Assembly: GCA_012295275.1 (NCBI GenBank)
Contig: CM022679.1
Span: forward strand, 24,614,001 to 24,678,000
Length of the DNA: 64,000 bases
Reading direction: 5' to 3'
Origin: Chrysomallon squamiferum
Taxonomy: Eukaryota; Animalia; Mollusca
In this document: one piece after another, positions 55,855 to 64,000 of the stretch
How the letters are laid out: every line of letters starts with the position of its first letter
How positions within the stretch are numbered: position 1 is the stretch's first letter
Notes under the pieces: generated by a model
What the model saw: the letters and a program-made list of their open reading frames with translations, nothing else
Told to the model about the DNA's origin: nothing
The model's database searches: none
Made by a program: the position numbers and the translations under genes

Positions 55855-57094
55855 TATTCAGAAGACTCGAAAAAATGATATTAATAAAATTCTAAAATAA
55901 AAAAAGTCATAATCATCAGTTTCGGTATATCTACACCATTGAAATGGGAAATAACTCTCACCAATATACGGTCTCATGACACAGAAATTTGACAATCACA
56001 AATTACCTAAATTCTTAAAATTGTATGAGGGATATTGTTTTCAGTCCTCAAGATTCGAATTATTTTCCTGTGTATTTCATATTAATCTGATACTACTGAG
56101 ATAATTAATTAGGATTTTGTTAAGTTATATCCTGGATAATGTTTTACATAATTATTATAATAAGAGTAAATAAATTTAACAATTATGATATAGTTCGCAT
56201 CGTTGTTTTCACTAAGTGCGATTTTGATCGTCTCTATTTGGCACAGACAATTTGGTCTAGTGCATAGCGGCCTCTAGCTAAAATGCTGTATCAGTTTCTA
56301 AAGTTTAGAGTGTATGCCATTTTCACGAGCATTATTATTATTATTAGATATTATTATTATTATGTGTGTGTGTATGTGTGTGTGAATCTTGAAATGCTAG
56401 ACTAATAAATAAATAATTAATTAATGCACTTGAAAAATTTCAGTTTTCATTATATAAAGAGTTTTCAATTTCTTTATAAGTTAGCCAGTGCGCAGATGTC
56501 AAAAACTCAAACATTTACAATGATACAGATTTACTTGTATGAATGGGAATATTCGAGTTAAATTGAATTATTTAATGTATTTTTCTGGCAGTACGAATTA
56601 AAGTTCCATGCTTATTATTTTATGTCTTAGGGCGACTTGTTGCCATTTTATCAAAAGTTCAGCAAATTAGAATTTGACATCACTGTATTTGTAGCGGACA
56701 GATAACTGTATTTTTCTGACACAACTAGAAATCAGTTCTCCATGTACATGATTATATTTTGTGTTAATTATACTTCCAAAATGTTCTGCAACATGGCGAC
56801 TCGTGTGCAGAAAAACAAAGAGAAAACAAAGCTGTAAACATTTATTATTCAAATATGTTTTCATGATCCAACAATTAATTAACATAAATCAACTTAATAA
56901 CATGCGTATAAATGCAGTCATGCATGATTTCACTGATGAGCAATAAGATGTAAACACATACGTGCATATTATGTTCAATTCAAACACTAGCTGTAAAACG
57001 CATATTTCATCATTAAAATATTTAATTTTATTTTATTTATTTCATTTATTTTATTAAGGATTCAAGAAATGTTCAGCTACTAAATTGATCAAAT

Positions 57095-59949
<2,855 letters not shown>

Positions 59950-60364
59950 TTTCACAGTTACACTACTGACAATGCCCTAGTTTCTTCGCATGTAATATCT
60001 GTAGCGGTACTTTTATCACATATCCGTAGATGTCCTTTCATCACACATAGGCCATAACTGATACGCTACCAATAGTTACCGTATTTAATATGTAAAATGC
60101 ACTTCATTCAATAATGTAAATAAATAATGCAAAAGAGAAATTTCCCGATGACAACCTTTAGCAGGATGTTTAGAAATTCAATAAAAAAATGTTATATAAT
60201 GATTTAAATACATATAAAGCAGTCAAAGTATATTTAATTGTTTATTTATTTTTGTTTTTAATTAAATATTGGATATATTTATTAAAATATTAGGAAAACG
60301 GTTCACTTTGAAAAATCTGTTAATGGTTTAGGGTTTATCACGATTTATTTATTTATTTATTTAC

Positions 60365-60405
<41 letters not shown>

Positions 60406-60999
60406 TGATGATGAGAATGATGATGATGATGATGATTATTATTATTATTAATTGCAGCACTATACTTTTGTCCTAAACAATAATGTAAGTGTATTAAATA
60501 ATTTCTATTTGTTTTAATATTTTTTTAATTATTATTATTAATGTTTTAGAAAGTTTGTTAATCAAACATAATATTTCCAAGTAAAATCGGAGCGACGTTC
60601 TTGATGATAGAAGATAAGTTACGTGGTTTGTAAAATGCAAGTCTGAATCAGAATTCAAAAATAAAATTAATAAGCTTAGGGGAGACTAATAAATAAATAA
60701 ATAAATAAAATTAACCATGATTTGGTTTCTACTCTGTGTCAACATTTAGGCAAATCATACGTTAATGTTTTCATGTATTCCCTGGGTAGTATAGTCTGTA
60801 GAAACTGAAATTTGTGAAATAATTTCATAAAATCGCTATTAAGAAATCTGAAATGAATTTTCTTCGTATTACAAAATAATATCTAGACGTTCAGATTTCA
60901 ATTTTTTTTCTTCAAACTAATAAGAAAATTCACTGATAATTATTGTTATTTTACAGACTGTTTTATAATTTGTTTTAGCATGTATCAGTGAAAGATGAC

Positions 61000-61180
61000 T
61001 ATCGTTAAGTACGTTGATACAGGCATGGATCTAAAGAAAGCTAGCTCATTAACACCGTAGAAAATGAAGTGGAATTTACTAAAGAATACTAACTAGTGCG
61101 CATACTCCAAAGGAAAAGGAATAAACTTTCTTCGTGCCACGTTGATCGGTATGTTGTACGTGGATTTTCATACGTGATTT
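61000..61180 (+). promoter_or_regulatory. Putative SEC31 promoter and non-coding first exon (donor G|GTATGT at 61148/61149) with a CREB3-type TGCCACGT motif
   Basis: CpG-containing segment with TGCCACGT 61135-61142 and further ACGT cores at about 61011, 61158 and 61172. The acceptor ttcacag| at 63207, 12 nt before the SEC31 ATG, implies an upstream exon. Confidence 0.45.
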
Positions 61181-63219
61181 CTTTATAAACTGTTTAATTC
61201 TGAGCATACTGAGGTTATCTTCACTGATAAGGATTAAACTGACAGAAGATACTACATTAATACATGCTACTTTGAGCAAAGTGTAAGTGCTACCATCATA
61301 CTTTCAGTGCTGTCGTTTTCGCAACATTTCTGATTTCACTATAGTCACATAGTGACTATGAAAGTGTTACCGGTAAACTGAGTTTCCGTGGGAATAGCAT
61401 TGACAACTTGTATATATTTTTACTTTTAAAACATATACTTTAAAAATAAAAATATTTCTGTTTTTCATATTTATTCTTGTACTTTTCGATGATTTGCTAT
61501 GTTGCATTGACAATCCTGTCACTGTCCATGTCGAGTATGTCACACTCATTGTCAGTGTCATATGTTTTAACGTGTTAAAATTGTTTATATTACGTATGTG
61601 ACACAATTTTCGAAAATACCATTTACCTATAAACTAATATATTATCATAAGAAAGAGCTCCAAAAAGAATATTAAAAAAAAAAAAAAAAAATGACAAGAT
61701 ATCTTTCATAGCATTGATTTGATATGAAAAAGTTAGGAATTTTTATGTGATTATGTGATGAAATTTGCCGAGATTTTTCCATCAGGATCCTTCATTTGGC
61801 CAAATAAACACTGAATATTTAAATTCAAACGAACATATGTATTAGCTCTCAAAATGAAGCTTTTGATATGTTCTAGAACTATAGAGTATTTTTTAAAATT
61901 TGGGTGTCATTCTCAATTAATTGGAATAATTAGCTCAAACATACCATATGTCTTAATAATGTAATTCCCCAAAACTTCACAGAAATTAATAATAGTATTT
62001 AAAATGATCATTTTTCAAGGCTGGTGAATTGTAGAGACCTTTTCATTTTCAAGCATTTTGAAAACATTCATCTTTTTTTTATCAGTTAATATTAATTAGC
62101 TTTATGATTTGATCATATAGGTATTTAAAAAAATGCATAATAGTCTAATTTCTTAAGAACTGTCTTCATAATCAAGACCTTCATCAGAAAGAATATATCA
62201 GAAACTGGAATATTACACCATGTAGTGACATAATTACTAAAAAAATAAACATTGAACTCTTCAGACATCAGCAGAAATTGCTGTGACCATGTCATTTGCT
62301 GAGAACATTGCACATTTTGGTATCCAAAATTAAATGCCTGCTACCCTAAATATTTGGATGAAGTTTAGCAGACTATGAGAGAAATGCATGATTTAAAATC
62401 CTGAATAAGCTTAGCCTAGTCACGTAACAATCTTTACGAAATTGTAACTGTGTCAGTTGATTCTCTATTATTTGTCAAAGATCACATGTCAAGAGACAAA
62501 TATGATGACGAAACTCGAGTATATGTATAGTTTGTCATGATATTTGTTCCTTCTAAAAAGTTTGTAAAAATAATGTCAAAGCAAAAACAAGAATGAGGGA
62601 ACCCTCTTCGTGGTAAGCAAAAACATGTCATAAAAATCAGATGACCTTCCACTGCTGCACTGAGACAGTTTTTGTCACATACTTATTTATATTTTAGTGT
62701 GTTACTTTTTTATAGTATTTTGTAATGATCCTGAGAGAAACATTTCTTAATTATTCTTAGTACCTCCATTAAAATGTACATTTGCACTGAGCAAGATAAC
62801 AATGTAAATATAATTTGTCATTTTATTTCTAAATAGTCATTAGTGACAATTTTTATATTATTGCCAATAAAGCAGTGTTATATTTTCCACTTCTGATTTG
62901 TTTGTAAAATATATTTAAAACCCACCAGTTAAATTAAGGATAATGTTCTTTAGTGATTGATTTATACCAGTTACAACATTTCTATATTTTTTTAAACTTT
63001 TAAACTTTATTTTTTATAGATCTATTGATGAAGTGATGTCACAGTAAATGACCAAATGTCCATTTCATTGCAGAGTAATACATTTGTTATTATTAATATA
63101 AATGAGTAACTAGAAATAAATAACAATCAGCTGGAAGTTTATAATATATATTTATTGTGTTTAGATACAGGTCAGGGTTTATATTTTATAATTTTCATAA
63201 TTCACAGAAAGACATCAAA

Positions 63220-63861
63220 ATGAGAATCAAAGAAATTGATCGTACTGCAAATGTGGCTTGGTCACCTGCAACCCAGTACCCAGTTTATATTGTGGCTGGC
63301 ACAGCAGCTCAGCAGCTTGATGCAACATTCAGGTAACACCACCATCCAGAATAGTAATTACATGACAGTCACTGAGTTAATAAACCTAACCATGTGAAAT
63401 ATTTTAGAAATAATTACAACATGTAGCAAATAGTTTTCATGCTCTTAATTTAGTAACATTTAATTAAGTAACAAAACAAATTTTTAACTTCTTCCCTGAA
63501 CGTTGTTAACACCTATCATTTTAGTTGTCTATTATTAAATGTGTAAGATGTCCCTGAGAAAGTGAGATTGTTTAAATGTTAACAGAAATAAAAAATTAAA
63601 AAGTATACAAGTCAAATATAATCTTTAAAACTATAGCAAATACTGACTAATTATTATCAGTGTAAAAAATTTCATTGGCTTGAATTATAGTTTTGAAGAA
63701 GAAAAAAAGTGGTTGTGAAAAAATAACCTACTAAAATCATTACTACAATTATTATTTTTATATTTTATTAGCACATCTTCTGCACTTGAGATATATGGAT
63801 TAAATCTTGCAGAAGCTACACTGGATATGCCATTGTTAGCTTCCATTCCTTCAGAATGCAG
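63220..63861 (+). CDS. SEC31: COPII coat protein SEC31, 5' partial (first two coding exons; continues beyond the window)
   Basis: Exons 63220-63332 and 63772-63861 give [57 protein letters not shown], matching recalled SEC31A [50 protein letters not shown]. Absent from the ORF track. Confidence 0.92.
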
Positions 63862-64000
63862 GTATAAATTATGTGTATTATTTTATTCAGATTTTACTAT
63901 ATTTTAATCATAGAAAGTATTATTTTTTCAATTTTACAGATACATTTTTACAAAATTTTAAATGTTTTATAAACCATCAGGGTCATTAGTTTTATTTCAT

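Noticed and set aside
61334-61363. Hairpin atagtcac-ata-gtgactat
   Set aside because: An isolated 8-bp stem, expected by chance in 64 kb of AT-rich DNA.
63940-64000. Possible SEC31 exon 3 after ttttacag
   Set aside because: It reads RYIFTKF* rather than the expected RYHKL.W-like sequence; the true exon probably lies beyond the window.

Overview
AT-rich, intron-dense genomic DNA from an invertebrate animal. A lophotrochozoan such as a mollusc is my guess, not established from this window. I reconstructed seven spliced protein-coding genes by hand, checking reading frame and phase at every junction: CFAP96/C4orf47 (-, 7 exons, 312 aa), MRE11 (+, 7 coding exons, 651 aa), USP7 (-, 33 exons, 1106 aa), HAPSTR1/C16orf72 (+, 4 exons, 258 aa), a peflin-like penta-EF-hand gene (-, 7 exons, 265 aa), a prokaryotic-type Zn-dependent (MDR) L-threonine 3-dehydrogenase-like gene (-, 5 exons, 354 aa), and the first two coding exons of SEC31 (+). 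They form three divergent pairs. Most notable: (1) USP7 and its reported substrate HAPSTR1 share a ~580-bp bidirectional promoter; (2) peflin and its pathway target SEC31 would be head-to-head except that the CpG-rich, bacterial-like tdh gene lies between them; (3) several intronic minisatellites are tandem copies of real splice junctions; (4) the MRE11 nuclease domain is in one 1-kb exon ending at a GC-AG intron; (5) small MITEs of up to four superfamilies, one holding a CTCF motif inside a pseudoknot/kissing-loop-like fold. Gene names come from recalled homolog sequences; no searches were run. I found no tRNA, rRNA or CRISPR array.
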